This document shows, piece after piece, positions 1 to 9,162 of a stretch of 64,000 bases of DNA. Source of the DNA: Polyangiaceae bacterium (GTDB lineage Bacteria > Myxococcota_A > Polyangia > Polyangiales > Polyangiaceae); NCBI GenBank assembly GCA_965222375.1, contig CBDCTZ010000016.1, positions 2,624,001 to 2,688,000 of the forward strand. The letters run 5' to 3'. How positions within the stretch are numbered: the stretch's first letter is position 1; every line of letters starts with the position of its first letter. The position numbers were made by a program, and so were the translations under genes. The notes below the pieces were generated by a model, which did not search any database, was not told where the DNA came from, and worked only from the letters and a program-made list of their open reading frames with translations.

Positions 1-808
1 GGTTGCTCCACAACCCAAGGCGATCGAAGCGCCGAAGGATGTGGCGGCGCCACCAAAGACGGCAAAGAAGACCCGCAGCGGCATCGCGTACGTCGTCCTG
101 GAGAAGGGCAAGGGAACCAAGAAGCCCAAGCAAGAAGACCGCGTGAAGGTGCACTACAGCGGCTGGACCAAGGATGGCAAGATGTTCGACAGCTCTGTCG
201 CGAAGAACGCGCCCGCGACCTTCGGCGTGGGCCAAGTCATTCCGGGTTGGACCGAAGCCCTCAAGCTCATGGTGGAGGGGCAGAAGCTGCGCGTGTGGAT
301 CCCGTCAAAGCTTGCGTACGGAGACAAACCAGGGTTTGGCCCTGCTGGGCAGCTGACTTTCGAAATCGAACTGCTGGAGATACTCAAGACCCCCAAGCCC
401 CCGAAAGCGCCGCCTGACGTGAGGGCTCCGCCGAAAACGGCAAAGAAGACGGCGAGCGGACTTGCATACCGAAGCTTGAAGAAAGGCAAAGGCACCAAAC
501 ACCCTACCCGCGCGGATCGTGTGACCGTGAACTACACGGGCTGGACTACGAACGGGAAGATGTTCGACAGTTCGATTCCAAAGGGCGAGCCGACGACCTT
601 CCCCTTGGGAGCCGTCATCAAAGGATGGGGAGAAGGGCTTCAGTTGATGGTCGAGGGGGAGACTATGCGGTTCTGGATCCCAGCCGAGCTGGCCTACGGC
701 GACAAGCCGACGCGGCCAGGGGCCCCCGCGGGCATGCTCGTATTCGATGTCGAGCTTCTGGCGATCCACGCTGGTAGGCCTGATCCTCACGCTGGCCATG
801 GGCATTGA
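1..808 (+). CDS. FKBP-type peptidyl-prolyl cis-trans isomerase with two tandem FKBP domains (5' end lies before the window)
   Basis: Two copies of the FKBP signature (VKVHYSGWTKDGKMFDSS...QVIPGWTEAL...IPSKLAYG and VTVNYTGWTTNGKMFDSS...VIKGWGEGL...IPAELAYG). The frame is open from base 2, so the true start is upstream. His-rich tail HAGRPDPHAGHGH. Confidence 0.93.
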   Translation, partial: VAPQPKAIEAPKDVAAPPKTAKKTRSGIAYVVLEKGKGTKKPKQEDRVKVHYSGWTKDGKMFDSSVAKNAPATFGVGQVIPGWTEALKLMVEGQKLRVWIPSKLAYGDKPGFGPAGQLTFEIELLEILKTPKPPKAPPDVRAPPKTAKKTASGLAYRSLKKGKGTKHPTRADRVTVNYTGWTTNGKMFDSSIPKGEPTTFPLGAVIKGWGEGLQLMVEGETMRFWIPAELAYGDKPTRPGAPAGMLVFDVELLAIHAGRPDPHAGHGH

Positions 809-813
809 ACGCC

Positions 814-2754
814 CTAGCTCTTGATCTTCCCGCGACGGACCAGCATGACCTCGGAGGCCTCGGTCGCCTTCCGACGCACGAGAATGTTCGCGTGGGTCCC
901 TTCCGGACCTCGAATGCGCTGGATCGCCCCTTGAAAGCCCAGTTCGGAGATAGGTATTTCGTCGACCGCCAGGATGGCGTCGCCGGGAACGAGACCTGCG
1001 GCGTCGGCGCCGCTCTTCGGCAGCACTTTGCCAATCACGAGGGCAGTGTCCTGCGCGCTGAGCACGGCGCCAATGCCGTAGAGCTCAATGGTCGGCTTTT
1101 CGCCTTCCTTTGTTGGAGTCAGCTCAACCGTAACCGAAGACAGCCGCTGCCCTTCTCGAAGGGAGAGGGCGCCGACGATCTTTCCGTGGTGACCTGCGGC
1201 CGCGATCAGCAGGGCGTGCTGGCCCGGCGCAAGACCAGGGAGCTCGAACTCGCCCTGGGCATTGGTCACGACGGCGCGGATCGCGCTGATGTCCCCAGGC
1301 GCGCGATGAGCCGTCTGCTCCAAAGAAACCTTGGCGCCCTCGATGGGGTTCTTGTCTTCCTTGCTGCGTACGACGCCTGCGATGGACCCACCCCGGGGCA
1401 AGCTCAGCTTCACTTCTGCATCGCCGCTCGTGAGATCGACCTTCGCTTCCGAGCTGGTGGCAAAGCCGGCGGCGCGAGCCGTTGCGATGTACTGCGACGG
1501 TGGCAGTCTGCTCAGTCGGAACCTACCCGCACTGTCGAAGACCGACTCCACTCGCACCAGAGCACTGGTTAGCGCTCCAGTTTTCTCGCGGACCAAGATG
1601 GTGAATGCCGCAACGGGAGCTCCATTGGTGTCGACGACCTCACCACTCAAGACAGCTCCGACGCCGAGCACCAACTCGATGGGTGAAGGCCGCGCTGATG
1701 CCACGATATTTCGAAGCCAGGTTGCGTTGCCGTAGCCGTCGTCTGCGCGCAGGATGTGCTTTTCCGGCGCAAGTCCTTTCAGAGTGAAGTTGCCGTCTTT
1801 GTCGGTCCTTGTCGCCGCGCCCACAGCTGGATCGTCCGTGCGGAAGCGTTGGCCCAAGGGCATCGCAGACACGAAGACGTCGGGCAGAGGGGTCTTTTCG
1901 TCGTCTACGACGCGCCCGACGATGGACGCCCCAGGAGGAGCTGTGCCGGGAGGTTTCAGTACGATTTGGAGCCGATGGCTGACCTGTGCGGAGAATCCGA
2001 GCACCGCTCGTCCCGGCGAGAAGTCCTGATGGCGTGCTTCCAGTACGGCGCCGTCTCGGGCTCCGAACTCGAAGGTGCCCTTGTCTCCGGAAATGAACAC
2101 GGAAGCTTCCCCGCCGGCTGACGTGGGTGCGCCGAAGTCATCCAAGATCCGCACGCTGGCACCCGCCACGGCTGCGCCGCTGGGATCCTTCACTACCCCC
2201 AGGTACTTGATGCGGGGCACCAGGTGCACGCTAACGCCGCTCACCCCGAAGCCTTTGCGGGCCACCATCACGATGGGGCTCGTGCCTAGCTCGGGCGAGA
2301 AAGGAAAGAAGCCCTCGGCGGTCGCGGCACTGAGTTCGTAGCTTCCCTCGGTGGGTGGTTGGAAGGAAAACTCTCCAGTCTGGTCAGTGTCCACGCTCGC
2401 TGCGCCCTTGGGACCGACAAAAACCAAATGCGCCCCAGCGATGCCTTTCAGGTTTCCGCTCGAGACGACGCGACCGGAAAATGCGCCGGGCTTTCCCTCA
2501 TCGCCCTCGGCGACTTCGCCGCCGCTCAGAATCAAAGGCGCGAAGCGCCCCCCGCGATGACGGGCACTGGGAAGGCCCCTATCCGCCGCTGGAGTCGGTG
2601 CAGACGCGGAGGCGGCGGCGCTCGAGGCAGCGGCGATGGTCGCTTGAACCATGCGCTCGTAGCGCCAACGAACTCCAAGAGCCATCGCTGCGATGGCTGC
2701 AGCCAGCAGCACGATCTGCGGCCAGCGCCGGGGGGCACCACCTCGCTTCGTCAC
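814..2754 (-). CDS. Membrane-anchored protein with repeated carboxypeptidase-regulatory-like beta-sandwich domains and a C-terminal PDZ domain
   Basis: N-terminal TM segment (IVLLAAAIAAMALGV). Repeated G-x-V-V-D...P-(I/V)-xGA-x-V...TD-x-x-G-x-F units. PDZ signature GIGAVL...VLPKSGADAAGLVPGDAILAVD...IRGPEGT. Start taken at GTG 2754 because the ORF-track start (2871) overlaps metG. Confidence 0.75.
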   Translation of the reverse strand: MTKRGGAPRRWPQIVLLAAAIAAMALGVRWRYERMVQATIAAASSAAASASAPTPAADRGLPSARHRGGRFAPLILSGGEVAEGDEGKPGAFSGRVVSSGNLKGIAGAHLVFVGPKGAASVDTDQTGEFSFQPPTEGSYELSAATAEGFFPFSPELGTSPIVMVARKGFGVSGVSVHLVPRIKYLGVVKDPSGAAVAGASVRILDDFGAPTSAGGEASVFISGDKGTFEFGARDGAVLEARHQDFSPGRAVLGFSAQVSHRLQIVLKPPGTAPPGASIVGRVVDDEKTPLPDVFVSAMPLGQRFRTDDPAVGAATRTDKDGNFTLKGLAPEKHILRADDGYGNATWLRNIVASARPSPIELVLGVGAVLSGEVVDTNGAPVAAFTILVREKTGALTSALVRVESVFDSAGRFRLSRLPPSQYIATARAAGFATSSEAKVDLTSGDAEVKLSLPRGGSIAGVVRSKEDKNPIEGAKVSLEQTAHRAPGDISAIRAVVTNAQGEFELPGLAPGQHALLIAAAGHHGKIVGALSLREGQRLSSVTVELTPTKEGEKPTIELYGIGAVLSAQDTALVIGKVLPKSGADAAGLVPGDAILAVDEIPISELGFQGAIQRIRGPEGTHANILVRRKATEASEVMLVRRGKIKS

Positions 2755-2857
2755 ACAGCGGAAGTAGCAAGTCACCCCTCCGGTGACCAGGGTCCGGCGG
2801 CGGCTCGAGCGGCAACCCTCGCTTCTGGGGCAAAATCGGCTAGGCTCGCCGGCCCCA

Positions 2858-4882
2858 ATGACTCGCCGCATCTTGGTTACCGCCGCTCTGCCCTACGCAA
2901 ACGGGCACATCCACCTCGGGCATCTGGTCGAATACATCCAGACCGACATCTGGGTGCGCTTCCAGCGCTTGCGAGGCAACCGAGCGCTCTACATCTGCGC
3001 CGATGACACTCACGGCACGGCCATCATGATTCGTGCTCGGCAGGAGGGCCGCGATCCCGAGGCGATGATCGAGGACATGTCTGTCGCCCATCAGAAGGAC
3101 TTTGCGGATTTCCAAATCGCCTTCGACAACTACGGCAGCACGCACTCCGAAGAAAACCGTGCCTTGTGCCACGAGATTTGGGCTGCGATTCGCAAGGCAG
3201 GCTTGGTGACTGAGAAGGACGTGACCCAGCTGTTCGATGTCGAACATGGAACATTTCTGGCGGACCGGTTCGTCCGGGGTACCTGCCCCAAGTGCAAGAC
3301 CGCGGATCAATACGGGGACTCCTGCGAGAAGTGTATGAGCACCTACTCACCCACGGACTTGATCGATCCGATCAGCACGCTCTCGGGAGGCACGCCCGAA
3401 GTGCGCACGGCAAAGCACCTGTTCGTGCAGGTGGAACAACTGCACGATTTCTTGACGGATTGGACCCAAGCACCGGGCAAGCTGCAGCCGGAGATCGCCA
3501 ACTACCTCAAAGGCTTCTTCCTGTGCGAGAAGTTGCGGGACTGGGATATCTCGCGCCCAGCGCCCTACTTCGGTTTCGAGATCCCAGATGCGCCGGGCAA
3601 CTATTGGTACGTCTGGTTCGATGCGCCCATTGGCTACATCGCGAGCACAGTTCAGTGGTGCGAAAAGCACAGGGAGAAGCTGCACGATTGGTGGCGCAGC
3701 GACAAAACGGAAGTACGCCACTTCATTGGCAAGGACATCGTGTACTTCCACACCTTGTTCTGGCCTGCCATGCTCAAGACGGCTGGGTTTTCGCTGCCCA
3801 CGCGAGTGCAAGTGCACGGCTTCTTGACCGTGAATGGCGAGAAGATGAGCAAAAGCAAGGGCACTTTCGTCCTGGCGCGCACCTATTTGGAACAGCTGGA
3901 CCCGGCGTACCTGCGCTACTTCTATGCGAGCAAGCTCGGAACTCGACCCGATGACATCGATCTGAACCTCGACGAACTCGTGGCGAGGGTGAATTCGGAC
4001 GTGCTGGGCAAGGTTGTCAATCTGGCAAGTCGTTCAGCGCGTTTCGTGAGGGACGCGGGGCTGTCGGCTCAGTACCCAGAGGATGAGGGTCTGTTCGAGG
4101 CGGCAGCCAAGGTCGGTACTGAAATCGCGGACGCCTACGAAAACGCTGACTATGCGAGGGCCATGCGCGGGGTGATGGCGCTGGCGGATCGCGCTAACGA
4201 GTACGTGGACCGGCGGCAGCCCTGGACCCTCAAGAAGGATCCGACCAAGACCCAGGAGCTGCAGGACGTTTGCACGGTCATTCTCAATCTGTACCGGCAG
4301 CTGGTGATCTACCTCGCGCCCGTGCTTCCAAAACTGGCTACGGACAGCGGCAAGTTGCTCAACACGGAAATCGCGAACTGGTCCGATGCCGCGACTCCGC
4401 TGGTAGGCACGCCCATTGCCGAGTTTTCCCATCTCATGCAACGGGTGGACCCCAAGAAAGTGCAAGCCGTGGTGGAGGCAAGTCGCGCTGTGGAGGCTGA
4501 GCCCGCGCCAGCGTCGGCGGGCAGCGGTCCCCTGGCAGACGAGCCTCTCGCGGAAGAATGCAGCATCGACGACTTTGGCAAGGTGGACTTACGGGTTGCG
4601 GAAGTTGTCAGAGCCGAGGCGGTGCCCAAGGCCAACAAGTTGCTCAAGCTCACGCTGAGCCTGGGCGGCGGCGTAGAGCGCACGGCGTTTGCAGGAATCA
4701 AGGCGGCGTACGCGCCGGAAGACCTAGTGGGCCGAAAGGTCGTGTTGGTCGCCAATCTTGCGCCCCGCAAGATGAAATTTGGTGTCAGTGAGGGCATGGT
4801 CGTGGCTGCCGGCCCCGGCGGTAAGGACGTGTTCTTGCTGTCTCCGGATGACGGCGCACAGCCCGGGCAGCGCGTGCACTGA
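2858..4882 (+). CDS. metG: Methionine--tRNA ligase with C-terminal tRNA-binding (OB) domain
   Basis: [18 protein letters not shown] (HIGH), Zn knuckle [30 protein letters not shown]-terminal [12 protein letters not shown]...[18 protein letters not shown] at 2858. Confidence 0.98.
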   Translation: MTRRILVTAALPYANGHIHLGHLVEYIQTDIWVRFQRLRGNRALYICADDTHGTAIMIRARQEGRDPEAMIEDMSVAHQKDFADFQIAFDNYGSTHSEENRALCHEIWAAIRKAGLVTEKDVTQLFDVEHGTFLADRFVRGTCPKCKTADQYGDSCEKCMSTYSPTDLIDPISTLSGGTPEVRTAKHLFVQVEQLHDFLTDWTQAPGKLQPEIANYLKGFFLCEKLRDWDISRPAPYFGFEIPDAPGNYWYVWFDAPIGYIASTVQWCEKHREKLHDWWRSDKTEVRHFIGKDIVYFHTLFWPAMLKTAGFSLPTRVQVHGFLTVNGEKMSKSKGTFVLARTYLEQLDPAYLRYFYASKLGTRPDDIDLNLDELVARVNSDVLGKVVNLASRSARFVRDAGLSAQYPEDEGLFEAAAKVGTEIADAYENADYARAMRGVMALADRANEYVDRRQPWTLKKDPTKTQELQDVCTVILNLYRQLVIYLAPVLPKLATDSGKLLNTEIANWSDAATPLVGTPIAEFSHLMQRVDPKKVQAVVEASRAVEAEPAPASAGSGPLADEPLAEECSIDDFGKVDLRVAEVVRAEAVPKANKLLKLTLSLGGGVERTAFAGIKAAYAPEDLVGRKVVLVANLAPRKMKFGVSEGMVVAAGPGGKDVFLLSPDDGAQPGQRVH

Positions 4883-4934
4883 TTGAGCCTCCGGCGCCGG
4901 TAGCCTCGAGCAAGCTGCACCACGCCGCGCCAGC

Positions 4935-5042
4935 GCCGCGCATCATCGAGAATTCAGTGCACATCCGGAGGGAGCAGTCGGCGCGCGAATCCCGAGCGAA
5001 TCGGGTGCCGCGCATCATCGAGAATTCGGTGCACATCCGGAG
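4935..5042. repeat. Two 36-bp direct repeats (4935-4970, 5007-5042; one mismatch) separated by a 36-bp spacer
   Basis: GCCGCGCATCATCGAGAATTC(A/G)GTGCACATCCGGAG occurs twice. The spacer is GGAGCAGTCGGCGCGCGAATCCCGAGCGAATCGGGT. Read directly from the sequence. Confidence 0.9.
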
Positions 5043-5863
5043 CACGGCGTTGTTTTGGCCGGTCGGCTGCGCCGAGGCCGGAAGTAGCTAGTATTATTAT
5101 AGAATTCACCACGCTGCTCAGGGTGCCAGCCGGGCATTCCCAACAAGGGCAGCGGGAGGACGGAGCTGGGAGAGGGCAGCGCGTCCCAAAGTCGCGACTC
5201 GAGCTGTCCGTCAACACTGCGGAGGAACTCGGCGGGGGGTTGCTGCAGCAGTTGTGGCTCGCAGTTTTGGAGCAACACCTTGCCTACCAGGCCGAGATAG
5301 GGCGCGCGTAAGATGTCCAGCAGGCCATGGCCGATCACGATCAATCGCAGATGACGCTCGAGGTCGTTCCGCCGCTCCCAGAATAGCTCCTTCCAACGTA
5401 GCTCGCGAATGTGATCGAGGAGTTGTGGCGTGTCGCTCCACACGACCACGCCACACTCATCAAATAGAGCCGCAGCGTTCTGGCGTGCGGAGCGACCATT
5501 GCGGGGATCGCGAGGCTCGGTCTCGTCCAACTGGATCGCGTTCAAGACTCGCTTCGATCTGGGCAGATGCATCCACACCAGGGCGTTCATCAGGTCGTGC
5601 CAGTTCTCATGTCGGGTTGGTACCTGCATGCTGGCCACAACGCGCTCGTAGCGCAGGGGGGCGTCGACAAGGTGCGGCTCCCAATCGATGAATCGGGGTA
5701 CCGCATCAGCCTGCGCAAGGGGATGGAGCTGCGTTGCCCACCTCGAAAGCACGCCCGGGGTCGGCCAGTCCCGAGCGCTCAGCAGGGAGTCTCGGATGCC
5801 CTCTGAGAAGAACTCGTAGGCGGGACGCTCCGCCACAACCCTCGGATCGAAGTCTCGCGACAT
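5015..5863 (-). CDS. DUF3025-family protein
   Basis: Family-typical blocks YE...VPTRHENWHDLMNALVW..LPRSK..LN, R..RQNAAALFDECGV, GHGLLD, PLPLLGMPGW...FYNNTSYFRP. Confidence 0.8.
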   Translation of the reverse strand: MSRDFDPRVVAERPAYEFFSEGIRDSLLSARDWPTPGVLSRWATQLHPLAQADAVPRFIDWEPHLVDAPLRYERVVASMQVPTRHENWHDLMNALVWMHLPRSKRVLNAIQLDETEPRDPRNGRSARQNAAALFDECGVVVWSDTPQLLDHIRELRWKELFWERRNDLERHLRLIVIGHGLLDILRAPYLGLVGKVLLQNCEPQLLQQPPAEFLRSVDGQLESRLWDALPSPSSVLPLPLLGMPGWHPEQRGEFYNNTSYFRPRRSRPAKTTPCSGCAPNSR

Positions 5864-5876
5864 CTGCCTCGCTCAG

Positions 5877-5885
5877 ATTGTAACA
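5877..5885 (-). promoter_or_regulatory. Putative extended -10 promoter (TGTTACAAT) of the DUF3025 gene
   Basis: Minus strand reads TG-T-TACAAT, ending 13 nt before the ATG at 5863. This matches the sigma70 TGn-TAnnnT consensus. Confidence 0.45.
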
Positions 5886-5970
5886 GGCGCATCTCGGGTA
5901 ACCCATCCACCTACGACGTCTAGACGGGCAGGGTTGGCTAGTGGCACGCGTTCGTTCGGAGGACCGGACG

Positions 5971-6315
5971 ATGAAAGATTCGAATTTGGTTACAAACGAG
6001 GTGCCGCGAGAGGACCAGGAGCGCTGGACCGAGGCGCGGGCACGGGACGTGCTGCGGGCGCTGGAAGACTCTGGGCTGTCTGCGGCTGCGTTCGCAGAGC
6101 GAGAGGGGCTGCGGGTTCAGCGATTGTTCTTTTGGAAACGACGACTTGGGAGGCAACAGCCGGGGGCAGCGAAGTTCGTGGAGGTAGCGGCGCGCGCTGC
6201 CCACGGCGTGGAAGTGGTGCTGCGTAATGGCCGGACCCTGCGCATCCCAGAGTCGATTGATGTTCGCGCTCTGCGCCGGCTCGTTGCGGCTCTCGAGGAC
6301 GACGCGACTTGCTGA
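5971..6315 (+). CDS. tnpA: IS66 accessory protein TnpA (HTH)
   Basis: SGLSAAAFAEREGL...LFFWKRRL...FVEV...VEVVLRNGRTLRI pattern. First ORF inside IRL. GGAGG lies upstream of ATG 5971. Confidence 0.85.
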   Translation: MKDSNLVTNEVPREDQERWTEARARDVLRALEDSGLSAAAFAEREGLRVQRLFFWKRRLGRQQPGAAKFVEVAARAAHGVEVVLRNGRTLRIPESIDVRALRRLVAALEDDATC

Positions 6316-6710
6316 GCCTGCCACCCAGTGTTCGCCTGCTGGTCGCGAGTCAGCCGGTGGACGGACGCAAGGGCGTTGACAGTTTGATGGTCATGGTGCG
6401 AGACGTTCTGGAGCAAGATGTCTTCAGTGGTCACCTCTTCGTCTTTTTCACCAAGCGCTGCGATCGGGTGCGCATTGTTTATTGGGACCGCAACGGTTTT
6501 GCCATGTGGACGAAGCGGCTGGAGCGCGGACGATTTCGCCCAAAGCTGTCAGCAGATGGCTCGCTGACCGCCTCCGCGATCGAGGCGGCCGAGCTGGGCC
6601 TGATCATCGAGGGTATCGAGTTGGCCGGGGCGCGCCGGCGCCCACGCTGGGAGCCGCGTCGAGCGGTTCAGCGAAACAATGTTCCACAGATCTTTTCTGC
6701 AGTGAGATGA
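6309..6710 (+). CDS. tnpB: IS66 accessory protein TnpB
   Basis: PVDGRKGVDSL...SGHLFVFF.KRCDRVRIVYWDRNGFAMWTKRLERGRF signature. Confidence 0.93.
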   Translation: MLSLPPSVRLLVASQPVDGRKGVDSLMVMVRDVLEQDVFSGHLFVFFTKRCDRVRIVYWDRNGFAMWTKRLERGRFRPKLSADGSLTASAIEAAELGLIIEGIELAGARRRPRWEPRRAVQRNNVPQIFSAVR

Positions 6711-6744
6711 TCTTCTTTCGGGCGAGACGCGTCTAACGCGTCGG

Positions 6745-8343
6745 ATGCGCCAAACGCCGACATCGCCGTATTCCCCGGACCTCGAGCAGCTTCGGCTGTG
6801 GCTCGAGCAGATGGTCGCGGCTATGCGGTTCGTGGAGCTGGTCGTCGCGATCCTTGGACTCATTGGGCGAATGCGCGACATCAACACTGAGCTCACCAAG
6901 CGCGTCGCCCACCTCACCCGCAAACGTCCTCGGTCAGAGACCCTCGAGCGTCTCGAGCGGCAGCTCGTGTTGCCGTTGATGGGCTTGGCCCAGCCTGCGA
7001 AAAAGCCAAATCCTGCAGCCGACTCCACGTCGCCAAAGAAAGGGCGAGGTGGCGGGGGTCGAGGGAAATTTCCCAGGGACATCCCACGCATCGAAGTGCC
7101 CAATCCCGTTCCACCCGCGCAGCGGCTCTGCCCACTGTGCGGCCAGGAGATGGTGACCATCGGCCACTCCGTCTGCGAGACCCTCAACGTGGTCCCGGCG
7201 CAAGTTTACATCGAACACCGTGTGGACGAGACCGTGGCATGTCCCAACGACGACGCCATCGTCTCGGCACCGCCCCCTGCTGCCATCGTCGAGCGTGGAA
7301 AGCTGGGCGACACACTCATCGTCGAGGCGACGTGCGACAAGTACATCGAGCACCAGCCCATCGAGCGCCAGTGTGTGCGCTTCAAGCGCGCTGGAATCGA
7401 GATCGCGCCACAAACCCTGGGCCGCAGCGTGGGCGCCCACATCGACCTGCTCGAGCCCGTCGCTGCCCTCATCGCCGAGCGGACTCGTGCCCCTGGATAT
7501 CTCGCTACCGATGCCACTGGCATTCCGGTGCTCGACCCCGACGTCCTCGAGGGCGTCCGTGGTGGTGCCATGTGGTGCTGGACCAACGCGCGCTGGGTCA
7601 GCTTCTTCTACGCTGCACATGGCAACGCCCAGAGTGTGCGTGATTTCCTCGACAACGACCTGTGTCGCATCGTCCAGTGCGATGGCACGAGCGTCACCAA
7701 CTGCATCGAACGCGCTGGCGGCAAGCGCCCGGGCTGCTTGGCACATGCTCGCCGCCGGTTCGTCGAAGCGGCGCGAGCTGGAGACTCGCTCGCCCTTGAC
7801 GGCCTCCGCCTCATGGCGCCTCTCTTCGCGATCGAGCGCGATTCGAGGCTCGCCGGGGACACCGCGGCGCAACGTCGCACCCGACGGCGCGAGCACAGCA
7901 AACCCATCATCGACACGCTCCGAGCATGGCTCGATGCGCAGCGCGCGCTCATTCCTCCCAAGACCCCTCTCGGTCGCGCGCTCGGCTACCTGCACCGGCA
8001 GTGGCAGCGCCTCACCTTGTTCCTCGAGGACGGCAACATCGAGCTGACCAACAATCGCCGGGAACGCGAGCTCCGCCGGTTGGTCCTCGGAAGAAAAAAT
8101 TGGCTTTTCACCTGGCTCGATGATGGCGGCAAGCGTACCGCAACCATCCTCAGCATCATCGCGACCTGCATCGCCCATGACGTCAATCCTCGCGCCTACC
8201 TGCACCTCGTGACCAAGCTCATCGTGCACGGATGGCCGCAGAGAAAGCTCCGTGAGCTGCTGCCCGATCGACTGCTCGCCGCCCATCCCGAACTCTACGT
8301 CGGCGACCGCTCCGTGTTGCCCGCGCCCGCACTATCATCCTGA
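6745..8343 (+). CDS. tnpC: IS66 DDE transposase TnpC
   Basis: N-terminal coiled coil, Zn-finger CPLCG...C, LATDATG, VQCDG, CLAHARRRF, NNRRERELRRLVLGRKNWLF. No internal stop. Confidence 0.95.
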   Translation: MRQTPTSPYSPDLEQLRLWLEQMVAAMRFVELVVAILGLIGRMRDINTELTKRVAHLTRKRPRSETLERLERQLVLPLMGLAQPAKKPNPAADSTSPKKGRGGGGRGKFPRDIPRIEVPNPVPPAQRLCPLCGQEMVTIGHSVCETLNVVPAQVYIEHRVDETVACPNDDAIVSAPPPAAIVERGKLGDTLIVEATCDKYIEHQPIERQCVRFKRAGIEIAPQTLGRSVGAHIDLLEPVAALIAERTRAPGYLATDATGIPVLDPDVLEGVRGGAMWCWTNARWVSFFYAAHGNAQSVRDFLDNDLCRIVQCDGTSVTNCIERAGGKRPGCLAHARRRFVEAARAGDSLALDGLRLMAPLFAIERDSRLAGDTAAQRRTRRREHSKPIIDTLRAWLDAQRALIPPKTPLGRALGYLHRQWQRLTLFLEDGNIELTNNRRERELRRLVLGRKNWLFTWLDDGGKRTATILSIIATCIAHDVNPRAYLHLVTKLIVHGWPQRKLRELLPDRLLAAHPELYVGDRSVLPAPALSS

Positions 8344-8798
8344 GTCGACGTGGTTTCGCTCAGCTCCTTCGGGGACGCATTGTCCGGAGCCTCACTCACG
8401 TCTTCGTCAATTGCTTCGCGGATCACTCGGTCCGTCAGCTCCTGCAGATGCGCGTCGAGCTCCTCCGACAGCGCCAAAAACTCCGGCCACAGCGTCCGCT
8501 CCTGAAACGTCTTCGGCGCCCGCAGCAACACTGTGCTGTACCGTCGTCCCCGCTCACGGTACGGACTCAGGCCATACCGTCGGCAAAGCGCCAGGAAAAG
8601 TTTCCGCTTCCACGGATCCAAGAGCGAATACCGAAATACCTCCTCTTGCTCCCGTTCGCGTAATTCTGCGAGACGCGCACGGATCCGCTCTGCTGCCCGT
8701 CGTGCCGCTTCGCGCTCGCCATCGACTTTCGTACCGGCGTGCAGTGCCTCGATCTTGCGCAGCTTTTCCAGCAGCGTCCCTTCCAGTGGCAGTCTCAT
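8295..8798 (-). CDS. Hypothetical passenger protein inside IS66, convergent on tnpC
   Basis: 167-aa globular-looking ORF (LLEKLRKIEALHAG..GEREAA...DPWKRKLFLALCRRYGL.PYR...LWPEF). GGGAG precedes ATG 8798. Lies between tnpC and IRR. Confidence 0.75.
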   Translation of the reverse strand: MRLPLEGTLLEKLRKIEALHAGTKVDGEREAARRAAERIRARLAELREREQEEVFRYSLLDPWKRKLFLALCRRYGLSPYRERGRRYSTVLLRAPKTFQERTLWPEFLALSEELDAHLQELTDRVIREAIDEDVSEAPDNASPKELSETTSTQDDSAGAGNTERSPT

Positions 8799-9061
8799 GC
8801 TCCCCACCCGACCACAGGGCCCCCCACGCGTCACCTGCCCAAGCACTTGCCGCGCAACTTCGCAAGCTGAATACCGCTACGTCGTTCGTGGACGGGTTAC
8901 CATCTCGGGAGCCAGAGCGAGAGTAGTTACCCACCCGGCTTCGCCGGACCCACATCGAAGGAAACAGGCAATACTGCTGGGTGGTGGCAGAGAGGTCGAA
9001 GCCGCGATGGCGCCAGCGAGCCCTTCTGTTTCTGCCTAGTGCACCGGATTCGGCCAGCGCT

Positions 9062-9105
9062 CACCCCTTCGGGTGTCGCCCCTTCGGGTGTTGCCCCTTT
9101 GGGCA
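9062..9105. repeat. Three tandem 15-nt-period hairpin units
   Basis: CACCC-CTTC-GGGTG (9062-9075), CGCCC-CTTC-GGGTG (9077-9090), TGCCC-CTTT-GGGCA (9092-9105), just downstream of the pdp stop. Confidence 0.8.
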
Positions 9106-9162
9106 CCACGAAGCGCGCCACAAGCGCGTCGACCCCAAAACAAAGGACGGAGCCAAGTGGGC

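Larger units (their letters stand above)
5898..8900 (+). mobile_element. Complete IS66-family insertion sequence (3003 bp) with a passenger ORF
   Basis: IRL GTAACCCATCCACCTACGACGT (5898-5919). IRR reverse complement GTAACCCGTCCACGAACGACGT (8879-8900), 19/22 identical and starting with GTAA. 8-bp direct repeat CATCTCGG at 5890-5897 and 8901-8908. tnpA-tnpB-tnpC gene order. Confidence 0.96.

Noticed and set aside
5091..5108. Third degenerate copy of the 36-bp repeat (GTATTATTATAGAATTCA)
   Set aside because: It is off the 72-bp period and is explained as coding sequence for the conserved EFYNNT segment of DUF3025. The locus was therefore not called a CRISPR array.
8915..8980. SRP RNA or glycine riboswitch resemblance (GCGAGAG...CATCGAAGGAAACAG)
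   Set aside because: It lacks the CAGG partner of the SRP loop and the CTCTCAGG of the glycine aptamer, and no plus-strand gene lies downstream.
8979..9040. tRNA-Ser/Leu-like 5' end (GGTGGCAGAGAGGTCGAA)
   Set aside because: No T-arm (GTTCGAATC), anticodon arm or acceptor stem with CCA follows.
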